A DNA stretch of 64,000 nt from an uncultured Spirochaetota bacterium (lineage in GTDB: Bacteria; Spirochaetota; Spirochaetia; SZUA-6; Fen-1364), in assembly GCA_963734545.1 (NCBI GenBank), contig CAVTHO010000004.1, positions 352,001 through 416,000 of the forward strand, in the 5' to 3' direction. Positions within the stretch are counted from its first letter, which is position 1. Each line of letters starts with the position of its first letter. The notes under the pieces were generated by a model, which was given only the letters and a program-made list of their open reading frames with translations, had not been told where the DNA came from and made no database searches. The position numbers and the translations under genes are program-made. This document shows, in pieces, positions 42,169 to 52,083 of this stretch.

Positions 42169-43017
42169 CTATCGCGTTGTCGGCCTGTCCTTGTCGGTAA
42201 TCCATTCGCTCCACGAGCCGACATACAGCCGGGGCAATCCCTTCCCCGCATGCGCGCAGGCAAGCACCGCGTGCGCCGCGGTCACACCCGAGCCGCAATA
42301 GAAGATGGTATGCTCTGCGTCCCTGCCTCCCATGGCGGATTCATACAACCGTGCGATCTCTTCGGCCGGTTTGAAATGCCCATCCGGGCGGAGCGCCGAG
42401 GCGTAAGGCGCCGAAGCAGCGCCCGTGATATGTCCCGCCTTCGAGTCGATGGTCTCATTCTCACCCCGGTAGCGCTCGGCAGCCCTTGCATCGAGGACGA
42501 CCCAGCCGGGATCGTTCAGGACTGAGAGCACGTGCCGCGCCTCCACCGCGAGCTCGGGCCTGAACGCGGCAACGAACCTGGACAGGGGCCTGGATTCAGG
42601 TCCGCCGCCGCACGGCAGCCCTGCCCCGGTCCAGGCCTTGAACCCGCCGTCAAGGACAGCCGCGGCGTCGTGGCCTGCCCACTTCAGGAGCCACCACAGC
42701 CTGGCGGCCGCAAACGCCCCTGTAGACTCATCGTATGCAATGACCTGTGTCCTGGGCCCGATCCCCAGGCGTGAGAAAACCTCGACAATCGATTCCCGCT
42801 CCGGCAAGGGATGGCGTCCCGTGCGGCCCGGCACAATTTGACCCGCCAGGTCCTTGTCGAGGTCCGCGTAGACCGCGCCCTTGATATGGGAGGCGAGATA
42901 GTCCTTCTTACCGCCCCCGGGGTCGCGGATGACGAACCGGCAGTCCACGAACGCCCAGTTCGGATCAGCAAGGTGCTCTCGCCCCGTTGCGACGTCTATC
43001 AGCGTTGTATGCGTCAT
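42169..43017 (-). CDS. Sulfurtransferase (tandem rhodanese, SseA/3-MST family)
   Basis: GRHPLP, AARLWW, DARAAERY, active-site YCGSGVTA, YVGSWSEW. Confidence 0.93.
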   Translation of the reverse strand: MTHTTLIDVATGREHLADPNWAFVDCRFVIRDPGGGKKDYLASHIKGAVYADLDKDLAGQIVPGRTGRHPLPERESIVEVFSRLGIGPRTQVIAYDESTGAFAAARLWWLLKWAGHDAAAVLDGGFKAWTGAGLPCGGGPESRPLSRFVAAFRPELAVEARHVLSVLNDPGWVVLDARAAERYRGENETIDSKAGHITGAASAPYASALRPDGHFKPAEEIARLYESAMGGRDAEHTIFYCGSGVTAAHAVLACAHAGKGLPRLYVGSWSEWITDKDRPTTR

Positions 43018-43041
43018 TTCACTGCTCCTCTGCGCGGTGCA

Positions 43042-44058
43042 TCAACCGCGCCGCAACAGGAACCCGCCCCCCTGCCCCCCTCCCTCGCCGCCCTCATCCT
43101 CTGCCGGCCCGGGCGGGGCGCTGGCCAGGTCCCCGATCTTCACCTTCTGCGCGTCGAACTTCGCCGCCGCCGCCATCATGGCATCCAGCGCCGCATCGGC
43201 GCTCATGGCAGCCCCTCGGCGGAAGCGAAGCGGATTGAGCCGCGCCACGACGAATGCCTTCAGATAGGGGCTCGTGAATCCCCGTTCCTTCAGGGCAGCC
43301 ACCGCCTTGGCGACCATGTCGTCCAGGGCCAGGAGCTTCTCTGCACGTCCCTCCCGTGCCTGCAGGGCCTCCGGCAGGGGCGAATCGAGGAAAGCTTCCA
43401 CGCGCCGGAGAACCGGATGGTAGGCGCCTCCGCTCAGGCGGCCGCGCTTCTCGTAGGCCAATCCGAGGGTGAGATAGTCAGGCTCTTCGAACTCGAGCGC
43501 GAAATCCTTCTCGGGCCGCGGGTCGAGCTCCGCCAGGGAACGGGCCATGCGGATGACCTCCAGCGACTTCTCCCGCAGATTGTGTCCCTTCTCCGTGTTC
43601 ATGGCGAGGATCTGGTATGCCACGGAGATCTCGGGAACAATCACCGCGAGGATGGAGCGGGCGCCGAGCTTCCGCATGGCAGAGAGCCTGTGGTGGCCGT
43701 TGGGAGTCCAGAATTCCCCTTCCGCCGTGCGTACCGCAATGATGGGATCCAGGAACCGACCCATGCGCCCGATGACATCACCGAGCCTCTCCACGTGGGT
43801 CTTCGAAATGTCGCGCTGAAACGGCGTCGGTCCCACCTTCTCGATGGGGAGGCTCGCAACGAGATGCCAGTGCCCTCCCACCGGATCCCGATAGCTCCCG
43901 ACCACTCCCCCGCCGCTCTCCCGGATGGCCTGCCCCAGGCCCTCGATCTCCGCGGGCGGCGTATCACCGGTCACGTCGGGAGCGGTCAATCCCTTGATCG
44001 ACGCTGCCCCCTTCTTTCGGCGCGGCGTGGCTGATTTCTTTGCAGCCTTCTTGGCCAT
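43042..44058 (-). CDS. ParB/Sulfiredoxin N-terminal domain protein (orphan)
   Basis: PTPFQRD..H..RL...FLDPIIAV...TPNGHHRL; Lys-rich N-tail; no parA neighbour. Confidence 0.8.
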   Translation of the reverse strand: MAKKAAKKSATPRRKKGAASIKGLTAPDVTGDTPPAEIEGLGQAIRESGGGVVGSYRDPVGGHWHLVASLPIEKVGPTPFQRDISKTHVERLGDVIGRMGRFLDPIIAVRTAEGEFWTPNGHHRLSAMRKLGARSILAVIVPEISVAYQILAMNTEKGHNLREKSLEVIRMARSLAELDPRPEKDFALEFEEPDYLTLGLAYEKRGRLSGGAYHPVLRRVEAFLDSPLPEALQAREGRAEKLLALDDMVAKAVAALKERGFTSPYLKAFVVARLNPLRFRRGAAMSADAALDAMMAAAAKFDAQKVKIGDLASAPPGPAEDEGGEGGGQGGGFLLRRG

Positions 44059-44159
44059 GACGCCCCCCTTCGAGGCAAGCCTATCATGCGCGGAGCATCA
44101 GCGGCGAGAGGCGCGGTGGCGCGCGGGGACAGTCTCCCGAGCTGCGTCGGGGTCCCTGC

Positions 44160-44663
44160 TCAAAACGCCCGCTCGTCCGCCGAAGGACCGTAGATCGATG
44201 GAACGGGCAGATTGTTGAGGCGCATGTAGACGGTCAACTGGCCCCGGTGATGGATGAGGTGGTTGATCGTCGGCCCTATGTTGTCCTTCTTTGGCATGGT
44301 CACGAGCACCTGTCCGTTGTTCTTGAGATGGAAAGGCTCCTCGAGCGCTTCATCCGAGATGTGCAGCAGGGCATTCCTGGCCTTCTCGAGGTTCTCGTCG
44401 AAATGGTGCACCAGCTCAGCCGTGGTCTTCGCCTTGAAATGATCGAACTTCGCGAAGTCGATCTCCGATGTCTCGACCATCTGCCGGATCCACAGGGGAA
44501 TCTCGGCAACCAGCAGGGAGAGATAGCCCAGCGGCATCGACTTCTCGTGCGGCTTCCAGCCAAACAGGCTCTCGGGAATTCTCTCCAGGCATTTCCGACA
44601 GGCGGTAGATTCCGCCTCCAATTCATTCAGGAACATCTTTCCCAGTGTGTTTTTGACCTTCAT
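44160..44663 (-). CDS. DinB family protein
   Basis: WKPHEKSM, NHLIHHRGQLTVYMRL...VPSIYGPSADE. Confidence 0.9.
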   Translation of the reverse strand: MKVKNTLGKMFLNELEAESTACRKCLERIPESLFGWKPHEKSMPLGYLSLLVAEIPLWIRQMVETSEIDFAKFDHFKAKTTAELVHHFDENLEKARNALLHISDEALEEPFHLKNNGQVLVTMPKKDNIGPTINHLIHHRGQLTVYMRLNNLPVPSIYGPSADERAF

Positions 44664-44760
44664 GGGGAACAAGATAATGATTGAAAGGCGGGAAAGGGAA
44701 CCGCGCACGCCCGGCTGGCACTTGACGGCCGCGCGCCTGAAGGCAAGAATCGGAAGGTCT

Positions 44761-45121
44761 ATGGAGTTCAAACGACTTTTTACACCTCAGGAGGCAGAGA
44801 GCGCCCTGCCCCTCGTGCGGCAGATCGTGGCCGATATTCTCGAGACAGCCCGCAGGATCCGGGAGCTGGATGAGAACGAGCGGTGACCTTCCCCGCCTGC
44901 AGGCCGAGCTGGAGGAGCACCTCATGGAGCTCGAAGGCGTGGGATGCTTTTTCAAGGACTGGAACTTCTCGGTCGGTCTTGTCGACTTCCCTGCCGTGAT
45001 CGACGGAGAGACGGTATTCCTGTGCTGGCGAAGCGACGAGAGCGAGCTTGCCTGGTATCACCCGATCGAGCAGGGCTATCAAGGGCGCAAGCCGCTGCCC
45101 CGCGCATCCCTCGTCGAGTGA
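44761..45121 (+). CDS. DUF2203 family protein (frameshift near 44880)
   Basis: FTPQEAESALPLV in one frame; GLVDFPA...VFLCWR..E...WYH...GYQGRKP in the next. Confidence 0.8.
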
Positions 45122-45131
45122 CGTGGGAACC

Positions 45132-47624
45132 ATGATCCTCGTCGTCAGTATCCTCGCCGCTACGGCGCTCCTCTCCGGTCAGCTCACCGCGTACATGGTC
45201 TTCCGCAGCCGAGGCTCGCGCAGCGCCGTTTTCATGGCCCTCATCATGGGCGCAACCGCCTGGTGGGCCGCGTGGAATGCGCTGGAATACCTGGCCCCTG
45301 GACTCCCGGTCAAGCTCGTCTTCGCGAACCTGGAGTACCTGGCAATATCCGCCATCCCTGTCCTCTGGTTCGCCCTCGGATCCTCGCTCGAACAGAGCGA
45401 GCGCGGCGTCGCCGCCAGGCGGCCCCCCCTGGTGATATGGATCGTCCCCGCTGTCACGGCCGCCCTGGTCTGGACCGACCCTTCCCTGGGTTTCGTCCGC
45501 CACTCGTTCCGCCTGGAGGCAGCGTCCGGCTTCTCGGTGATCGCCAAGGAGTTCGGGCCATGGTTCTGGGTGCATTCCGCCTATTCCTATATCTTCATCA
45601 TCGTGGGCACCGTGCTCATCCTCAAGGCGCTGCACGCAAGCCGCGGCACCCGGCGAGCCCAGCGGATCACGCTGATCATCGGCACCCTCCTCCCCGTGGC
45701 AGCGAACCTCAGCTACCTGACGGGGACATTCCCCGTTGAGAGGATCGATCCGACTCCCCTCGCTTTTTCGCTGACGGGGCTCCTGGCCGTGCTCAATCTC
45801 ACTCGATTCCGCTTTCTCGCTCTCGTGACCACCGCGCAGGCGACCGCCATCGAGCAGCTCCGCAATGCGGTCCTTGTTCTCGACCGGGACGGGCACCTCG
45901 CGTATGCGAACGACGCAGCCCGCAGCTCCTTCGCAACCGGCGAAAAAGACGTCGGCAAGAAGCTGGTCGATATGGGTCCCCCTTTTGCCGATCTGCCGTT
46001 GGCCCGCGGAGCCGGGAGTGCCGCGCGCACCGAGGATCCCGTGCTGCCTCACGCCGGGCTTCTGTATGAGACGCGCACCGGTGACATCGTGAGGCGCGGG
46101 AGACGCATCGGCTCCGTGGTGACGTTCTTCGACGTGACGCGCCGCGCGGCCGCCGAGGAGGAGCTGAAAAAGGCCAATCTCCTCCTGGAGCAGAGGATAG
46201 CGGAAAGGACCCGTGCCCTGGAGGAAAGCAATCTCAAGCTCACGGAGGAGCTCGAGCATCGCAAGCGCGCGGAGCGGCAGCTCTCCCACGACGTTCTCCA
46301 TGACGTCCTGACAGGCATGGCCAACCGCAGCCTGGCGCTGAGCCGGATCGAGCAGCTCGTCCTGCGCAGCCATCGCGATCCCGCGATGTCCTACGCGATT
46401 CTCCACCTGGATTTCGACGGGTTCAAGACGATCAATGACAGGTTCGGTCACAGCGCGGGAGACTCGTTCCTGTGCGAGGTGGCCTCACGGTTGAAGCGGA
46501 GCGTGCGGGAGGTCGACCTGGCAGCCCGGGTGGGAGGGGACGAGTTCGTCGTTCTCCTGGACGGATTCGTCACCGCCCAGAACCTTGAAGAGATCACGGA
46601 TCGTGTCGTCGACAATCTCTGCCTCCCCATCTATTTCGGATCGAGCGCGGTGGTCCCGTCGGCAAGCATCGGCATCGTCATTGGCCGGCCCGACTACAAG
46701 GATCCGCAGGCAATCCTGCATGACGCGGAAATCGCCATGCACAAGGCCAAATCCTCGGGCAGAAACCTGCGGGTGGTCTTCTCGGAAGAAATGCGTCTCC
46801 AGGTGGACGAGCGCAACCTCCTGTCGGCGTCTCTGCGGACCGCTATCGCCTCCGGCGGAATCTCCCTGGCGTTTCAGCCGATCGTCCGCATGGACGGCTC
46901 GATTGCCGGCTGGGAAGTGCTGGCACGCTGGAAACACGAGCGCCTGGGCCCCATCGGTCCGGACCGGTTCATACCGATCGCCGAAGAGTCCGGCCTGATC
47001 ATTCCGTTGGGCGCCTACATTCTCATAGAGACCTTGAAAATCGCCGCCGACCTCCGCGGCGAAGGCCTTCTGGATGACGGCAGGGGGGGAGTGATGTTCT
47101 TTGCCGTCAACGTCTCCGCCATCCAGTTCGGACAGCGGGACTTCGCGGAGTTCGTCCTCTCCACCATGGATCGGCTGGAGCTCCCGCGCGCAATGCTCCA
47201 TCTGGAGCTCACCGAGAGCGCCATCATGGAAGACCGTGACGTCGCGACGCATGTCATAGAACAGCTCTCCGCCGAGGGGATCAATTTCAAGCTGGATGAT
47301 TTCGGCACGGGGTATTCTTCACTCGGATATCTCCACAGGATCCCCATCAACTGCGTGAAGATCGACCGCAGCTTTATTTCGAGAATGGATCTCCTGCAGG
47401 CAGACCAGACTTCAGCAGGGATCGTGCGCGGCATGATCTCGCTCTCCCACGAGCTGCGCAAGACGGTCGTGGCGGAGGGGATCGAGACGGAAGCGCAGTC
47501 GCGGATGCTTCGGGAATGCGGATGCGATTTTGCGCAGGGGTACTACTTCGCAAGGCCCATGGACAAGACCGCGCTGTTTGAATCACTGCGCAAGACAAAA
47601 GATCACGAACGGATCGGGCCGTAA
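45132..47624 (+). CDS. Membrane sensor diguanylate cyclase/phosphodiesterase (7TM N-terminus, PAS, GGDEF, EAL)
   Basis: HisKA_7TM-like N-terminus, ARVGGDEF, EVL variant of EAL, DDFGTGYSSL, AEGIET, QGYYF. Confidence 0.92.
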   Translation: MILVVSILAATALLSGQLTAYMVFRSRGSRSAVFMALIMGATAWWAAWNALEYLAPGLPVKLVFANLEYLAISAIPVLWFALGSSLEQSERGVAARRPPLVIWIVPAVTAALVWTDPSLGFVRHSFRLEAASGFSVIAKEFGPWFWVHSAYSYIFIIVGTVLILKALHASRGTRRAQRITLIIGTLLPVAANLSYLTGTFPVERIDPTPLAFSLTGLLAVLNLTRFRFLALVTTAQATAIEQLRNAVLVLDRDGHLAYANDAARSSFATGEKDVGKKLVDMGPPFADLPLARGAGSAARTEDPVLPHAGLLYETRTGDIVRRGRRIGSVVTFFDVTRRAAAEEELKKANLLLEQRIAERTRALEESNLKLTEELEHRKRAERQLSHDVLHDVLTGMANRSLALSRIEQLVLRSHRDPAMSYAILHLDFDGFKTINDRFGHSAGDSFLCEVASRLKRSVREVDLAARVGGDEFVVLLDGFVTAQNLEEITDRVVDNLCLPIYFGSSAVVPSASIGIVIGRPDYKDPQAILHDAEIAMHKAKSSGRNLRVVFSEEMRLQVDERNLLSASLRTAIASGGISLAFQPIVRMDGSIAGWEVLARWKHERLGPIGPDRFIPIAEESGLIIPLGAYILIETLKIAADLRGEGLLDDGRGGVMFFAVNVSAIQFGQRDFAEFVLSTMDRLELPRAMLHLELTESAIMEDRDVATHVIEQLSAEGINFKLDDFGTGYSSLGYLHRIPINCVKIDRSFISRMDLLQADQTSAGIVRGMISLSHELRKTVVAEGIETEAQSRMLRECGCDFAQGYYFARPMDKTALFESLRKTKDHERIGP

Positions 47625-48241
47625 GCGGCAAGGAACGCGCGCACCCCGGCCTCCGCAAATTTCTCGAGCTCTTCCGGCGTGAAGGTTCCGCCGAACATGG
47701 TCTTGTCCAGCGGCATCATCACGATCAGTCCGGCAAAATGCATGGCTGCAATTTCCGCATCATCCAGCCTGAGGAGACCCCGCTCAGCGAGGCGCCGGAA
47801 TGCGGCTGCCAGCGCAGAGACCGTGCGCCCGGGCGCCTGCGCGTAGTAGGTGCGGGCAATCTCGGGAAATCGGGCAGATTCCATGACCACGAGCCTTCGA
47901 AGCTGAATCACCTGGGGGCTGAAGACGGTGGTGACATAGCGGGATGCAATCTCGCGAAGGTCCTCCTCCAGATGTTCCGTCCTCTGCAGCATGGGGGTAA
48001 TGGTCTCGATGAACTGTGCGGCGCGCGCGGTAGTGCTGGCGATCAGCCCGGTGAAAAGCCTCTCCTTGTCCGCGAAATGCTTGTAGATTGTCTGCTTGGA
48101 GACCCCGGCCTGGGCCGCGATTTCATCCATGCTGGTGGCCAGGTATCCCTTGCTGAGGAAAAGAGCTGCCGCCGCCTCGGTGATCACGCCGGCGCTTGCC
48201 AGCCTGCCTGCCCTCTTTTTCTTCGGAGCTGAAGAAGTCAT
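47603..48241 (-). CDS. TetR/AcrR family transcriptional regulator
   Basis: FLSKGY.ATSMDEIAAQAGVSKQTIYKHFADKERLF; C-terminal AGVRAFLAAY. Confidence 0.93.
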   Translation of the reverse strand: MTSSAPKKKRAGRLASAGVITEAAAALFLSKGYLATSMDEIAAQAGVSKQTIYKHFADKERLFTGLIASTTARAAQFIETITPMLQRTEHLEEDLREIASRYVTTVFSPQVIQLRRLVVMESARFPEIARTYYAQAPGRTVSALAAAFRRLAERGLLRLDDAEIAAMHFAGLIVMMPLDKTMFGGTFTPEELEKFAEAGVRAFLAAYGPIRS

Positions 48242-48283
48242 TTCAGGCGCCCTCCCCTCTGTCTCAAAAAATGTATCAAAATA

Positions 48284-48349
48284 GTACTGGACGGTCCAGT
48301 ACCAAGATGTATATCTTCCATCAGATTACAGTACTGGACCGTCCAGATC
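48284..48349. promoter_or_regulatory. Two TetR-type operator palindromes
   Basis: GTACTGGAC-G-GTCCAGTAC (48284-48302, perfect) and GTACTGGAC-C-GTCCAGATC (48331-48349) between divergent tetR and DUF998 genes. Confidence 0.85.
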
Positions 48350-48459
48350 TAAGCTATCAGGAGAGGGCGGAGGCGACGGATGGAGCTACATCTTGAGCGA
48401 TCTGAAGACGCTCCTGGAAACCGGCAAGTCATTGCGCCAAGGCGCATAGGGGGAGAGAG

Positions 48460-49104
48460 ATGAACACAAAGGGAACGAACATCCTGCTCGGCTGCGGGCT
48501 CGTAGCAGGCCCGCTGTGGGTGGTTGTGGTCCTCATACAGATGATTGTGCGCCCGGGGTTCGACATCACCCGGCATGCGGCCAGCGTGTTGAGCCTGGGC
48601 GACCTTGGATGGATTCAGATCACCAACTTCATCCTGTCCGGAGCGCTCGTCATTGCCGGCGCAGTCGGGATGCGGCGGGCCCTGCATCCGGGACGGGCGG
48701 GAACCTGGGGGCCGATCCTGATCGGCCTCTACGGGTTGGGTCTCATAGCCGCAGGAATCTTCCCCCCTGACCCGATGAACGGGTTCCCCCCGGGCACAGC
48801 GGATGTTCCCGGGCAGATGAGCGGGCACGGCCTCCTTCACTTTGTCGCAGCCGCGGCAGGGTTTCTTTCTCTCATCGCGGCGTCCTGTTTTGTATTTGCC
48901 CGCAGATTCGCAGGGCTGAAGCAGCGGGGATGGGTTGCGTACTCGATCGCGACCGGAGCGCTCTTCTTCGTCACCTGGGCGGCGCTGGGGGCCACGGGTT
49001 CCCGCATCGGATGGATCGCGGTGCTCTTTGCCGTGGCCGTGGTCTTCGGCTGGACCTGGATCACAGTGGTGGCGGCCCGGCTGATGCGGTCAGAACGGCG
49101 ATAA
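48460..49104 (+). CDS. DUF998 family membrane protein
   Basis: RPGFDITRHAASVLSLGDLGWIQ..NF; GIFPPDP..GFPPG; about 5 TM segments. Confidence 0.85.
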   Translation: MNTKGTNILLGCGLVAGPLWVVVVLIQMIVRPGFDITRHAASVLSLGDLGWIQITNFILSGALVIAGAVGMRRALHPGRAGTWGPILIGLYGLGLIAAGIFPPDPMNGFPPGTADVPGQMSGHGLLHFVAAAAGFLSLIAASCFVFARRFAGLKQRGWVAYSIATGALFFVTWAALGATGSRIGWIAVLFAVAVVFGWTWITVVAARLMRSERR

Positions 49105-49136
49105 TTGGACGCCTCCAATCGGCAGTCGACCCCGCC

Positions 49137-50060
49137 TTACTTCGCGCCCTGGCGCTCTGGAGCTGCCCGCGGACTCCCCTCTCCTCCCCTGGTGAGCAGG
49201 CCATTGAGGGCGAGCCCCCCCAGCACGACGAATGTGCCGACGAGTCTCCTCGCGTCAAAAGCTCCCTCCGTCACAGCATCGATGAGGACTCCGGTGAGCG
49301 CCTGGCCGGAAAACAGGAGCAGGGTCGCAGAAAAGGCCGGCATACGCGGGAAGATGAGGTTCACGGCCGATACCACAGCGACACCCATGAGCCCGCCGCC
49401 GAGGGCGAGGAAGGGACCTGCGGTCACGACCGCGTGCGCCGCCAGTGCTGCCGGCGGCCGGACCGCGGCGACAATCACGAGAGTCGTCGCAAGACCGACC
49501 AGGTAGTTGGCGCGCGTGCTCCGCAGTATGCCCTTCCTTCGGCCGAGCTCGGAATTGAGGACGAAGGTGAGGCCGGGGAGCACGCCCGACGCAAGAGCGG
49601 CAAGCATGGCAGGCACGCTCGAGCCTCCGCTCCGCGCGGCCGTTCCCATTATCGCCACCCCCGCGATGGCCAGGCCTATGCCCGGCAGCCGGCGCGCAGA
49701 CAGGGGATACCTGGCGCGTCCCAGGAAGCCGGTTGCATCCACTGCCGCGGAGAAGAGGGTCTGGCCGAGCAGCGCAAGGGCCACGGCCAGTGAGGCGCCG
49801 AGAGCGTTGAAAGCATAGATACTGGAGAACACGGTACCGACGCCGACGAAACCGCCGAGGTAATAGTACACGGGAAGGCGCCCCTGCCCGAGGCCCCCTT
49901 TCTCCCGCTTCACGAGCAGGACTGCAGAGACCGCCGCGAGTCCCGCCATGTGAATGACGAGAGTGGCGACAAGGTTGCCGGTGATGCCCGCAAGCCGGCT
50001 GTTGACGCCGGACATGAGAGTGATGAGAGCGCCGACCAGAGGCATGAGAGCGCTGTACAT
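49137..50060 (-). CDS. DMT family transporter (YdcZ-like, duplicated domain)
   Basis: GVNSRLA, YLGGFVGV, GQTLFSAAVDATG; about 10 TM segments; GGGAGG RBS before ATG at 50060. Confidence 0.8.
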   Translation of the reverse strand: MYSALMPLVGALITLMSGVNSRLAGITGNLVATLVIHMAGLAAVSAVLLVKREKGGLGQGRLPVYYYLGGFVGVGTVFSSIYAFNALGASLAVALALLGQTLFSAAVDATGFLGRARYPLSARRLPGIGLAIAGVAIMGTAARSGGSSVPAMLAALASGVLPGLTFVLNSELGRRKGILRSTRANYLVGLATTLVIVAAVRPPAALAAHAVVTAGPFLALGGGLMGVAVVSAVNLIFPRMPAFSATLLLFSGQALTGVLIDAVTEGAFDARRLVGTFVVLGGLALNGLLTRGGEGSPRAAPERQGAK

Positions 50061-50110
50061 GTGCGGGCCTCCCTTCCCCTGCGTCGAGTATCCCGTCATA
50101 CTCGAGAATG

Positions 50111-50132
50111 CAATAGGACATATGTCCCATTG
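50111..50132. promoter_or_regulatory. Crp/Fnr-type 22-bp palindromic operator
   Basis: CAATAGGACATATGTCCCATTG with perfect GGACATATGTCC core, between divergent DMT and Crp/Fnr genes. Confidence 0.75.
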
Positions 50133-50152
50133 GCGCAGAAAGGGAGCGTCCC

Positions 50153-50854
50153 ATGGACTCGGTGCGCAGCTACGTACGTCGCCATTCCCTGGACAGCCTT
50201 CTGTCCGGGGACCTTCTCGAGGCGCTGCAGCCGCTGCGTCGAAAGCCTGGCGAGCTCATCATCAGGGCAGGGGATCCGGTCCGGGATCTTCTGTTCTTCG
50301 TCGAAGGCCGGATCAAGATCTACAGCGTCCTGGAAAACGGCCAGAGCCTTCTCGCGGCCATTTACAGGCCTTTCGACGTTCTGGGCGAGGTGGAGCTCTT
50401 CGCCTCCCGGCACTATACCCTGAGCGTCGAGGCGCTCACGGAGACGATCTGCCTCGGCCTCCCGGTCGCGGCAATACGGAAGAGCGCAGACCGCAACTAT
50501 CGCCTCTTCATGTACCTCTGCGGCCGACTGGGCGCCAAGCTCAAGGACCGGATCATCGCCGAGTCGATCAACCTGCGCTATCCGGTGGAGAATCGCCTCG
50601 CGAGCTACCTCCTTGCCTCGACGGACGGCGAGGGCTGGATCCTGGGCACCGACGATCTCGGGGAGCTCGCGGATTTTCTCGGGGCAAGCTATCGCCAGCT
50701 CGGCCGCGTCGTGCGCCGGTTTCGAGCCGCCGGCATCCTGGACCGCACGAGGGGCCGGATCCGCGTCCAGGACAGGGCGAGGCTCGCGCCTCTCGCTCGC
50801 GACCTGTACGTCCGATCCGACAGCCAGATCAAGCCAGGGGCTTTCTCGAAGTAG
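50153..50854 (+). CDS. Crp/Fnr family transcriptional regulator
   Basis: cNMP-binding-like GELIIRAGD..GRIKIY..LGEVELF; HTH ELADFLGASYRQLGRV. Confidence 0.9.
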   Translation: MDSVRSYVRRHSLDSLLSGDLLEALQPLRRKPGELIIRAGDPVRDLLFFVEGRIKIYSVLENGQSLLAAIYRPFDVLGEVELFASRHYTLSVEALTETICLGLPVAAIRKSADRNYRLFMYLCGRLGAKLKDRIIAESINLRYPVENRLASYLLASTDGEGWILGTDDLGELADFLGASYRQLGRVVRRFRAAGILDRTRGRIRVQDRARLAPLARDLYVRSDSQIKPGAFSK

Positions 50855-51016
50855 CTCCTCCACTATGCTGTTGTCCATGCCGAATATTTTCTCAACCGGG
50901 CGCGGGGGAAGTCCGGCGGTGTTGAATACTGAAGACGCGTGAAGCTCCGCCGATTTTCCCACTGTTGCACGGATCCATTCGGCGGTATTCTGCTGAAAAC
51001 AAGGGAGTAAAACTGT

Positions 51017-52054
51017 ATGAGACGCGTTGCGGCAATTCTTATCGTGCTGTTCCTGGCGTGTCCCCTCCTCTTCGTCTCGTTTGTCACCATCGCCGTGAGC
51101 ACTTGGACCCTGGACCGCCACTTCTACCTCTCGCTTCTCGATGACGAGCGGCTTTTCCAGGTCCCTGACGCCGTGAGCTCGGCATCCTGGTCGGAGTCGG
51201 TCATCGAGGGCTCCGGTGGCCTCCAATGGAAGTCCGTCGGCAGGGCGGCCGGGGCTGTCCTGACCCCGGAGTACCTGCGGGGCCAGACGGCCCGGGTGGT
51301 GAACCAGGCGTTCGACTATTTCGACGGCAGGAGCCGAAGGTTCGACATCTCCATCGACACGACGCCGGTCAAGAAAGCGCTGCAGGGTGATGCCGGCAGG
51401 AAGTTCGCCCGGCTCCTTGCGGAGGATCTCCCTGTCAGCGGAAGCGCCGCTGGCTTCAAGCTGAAACCCGGAAGGCTTCCGGTCTCACGGCCCGCGAGCG
51501 TGCCAGTTGACCGCGCGGCAGCGATCATTCTGGCAGGGCTTCCGTCATTCATGAGCACGATCCCGGATACCGTCCGGCTCAGCGACGATCCGTGGGCCGG
51601 CGGTCCGAGGTTCCCTCTCTTCGGGGCACTCCTGGCGTCATGCATCATCCTGCTCGTGATCGCCGGCGGATTCCTGACGGCAGCGGCATTCGTCGGTGGG
51701 GAGACGGGATTCGAGCGGCTGCAGTGGTTCGGCTGGTCCCTCCTCGCGCCGGCTGCCGGCGTGCTCCTGATGGGGCTCCTGGTCACGCTGGGCTCGTTCA
51801 CACCCTTGATGCGCGGGGCCATCGAAAGCGGGCAGCTTCAGCCTCTTGGTTTCAGCGCGTCCTTCATCTCCGCCCTCATTGACGCCGCTCGCCACGTCCT
51901 CACCCGCGTGGGTATCGGATTCCTTGCCACGGGCGGCATCGGCGCAGGGATCTCACTGGGGCTGCTGGCGTGGAGCTGGTCGATCCCGCGCGATGAAAGG
52001 AAGAAAGCGGCCGCGCCCCAAACTGAAGAACAGGGAACGGTTCCCGGCGCCTGA
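51017..52054 (+). CDS. Hypothetical membrane protein
   Basis: 345-aa ORF, N-terminal TM, soluble domain, three C-terminal TM segments; AAGGGAG RBS. Confidence 0.7.
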   Translation: MRRVAAILIVLFLACPLLFVSFVTIAVSTWTLDRHFYLSLLDDERLFQVPDAVSSASWSESVIEGSGGLQWKSVGRAAGAVLTPEYLRGQTARVVNQAFDYFDGRSRRFDISIDTTPVKKALQGDAGRKFARLLAEDLPVSGSAAGFKLKPGRLPVSRPASVPVDRAAAIILAGLPSFMSTIPDTVRLSDDPWAGGPRFPLFGALLASCIILLVIAGGFLTAAAFVGGETGFERLQWFGWSLLAPAAGVLLMGLLVTLGSFTPLMRGAIESGQLQPLGFSASFISALIDAARHVLTRVGIGFLATGGIGAGISLGLLAWSWSIPRDERKKAAAPQTEEQGTVPGA

Positions 52055-52083
52055 ACGCGTGAATACCGACCCGGCGGGCGCAG

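Noticed and set aside
47603-47624. 22-bp convergent overlap of the GGDEF/EAL and tetR genes
   Set aside because: Short 3' overlaps are common in compact GC-rich genomes, and there is no sign of function.
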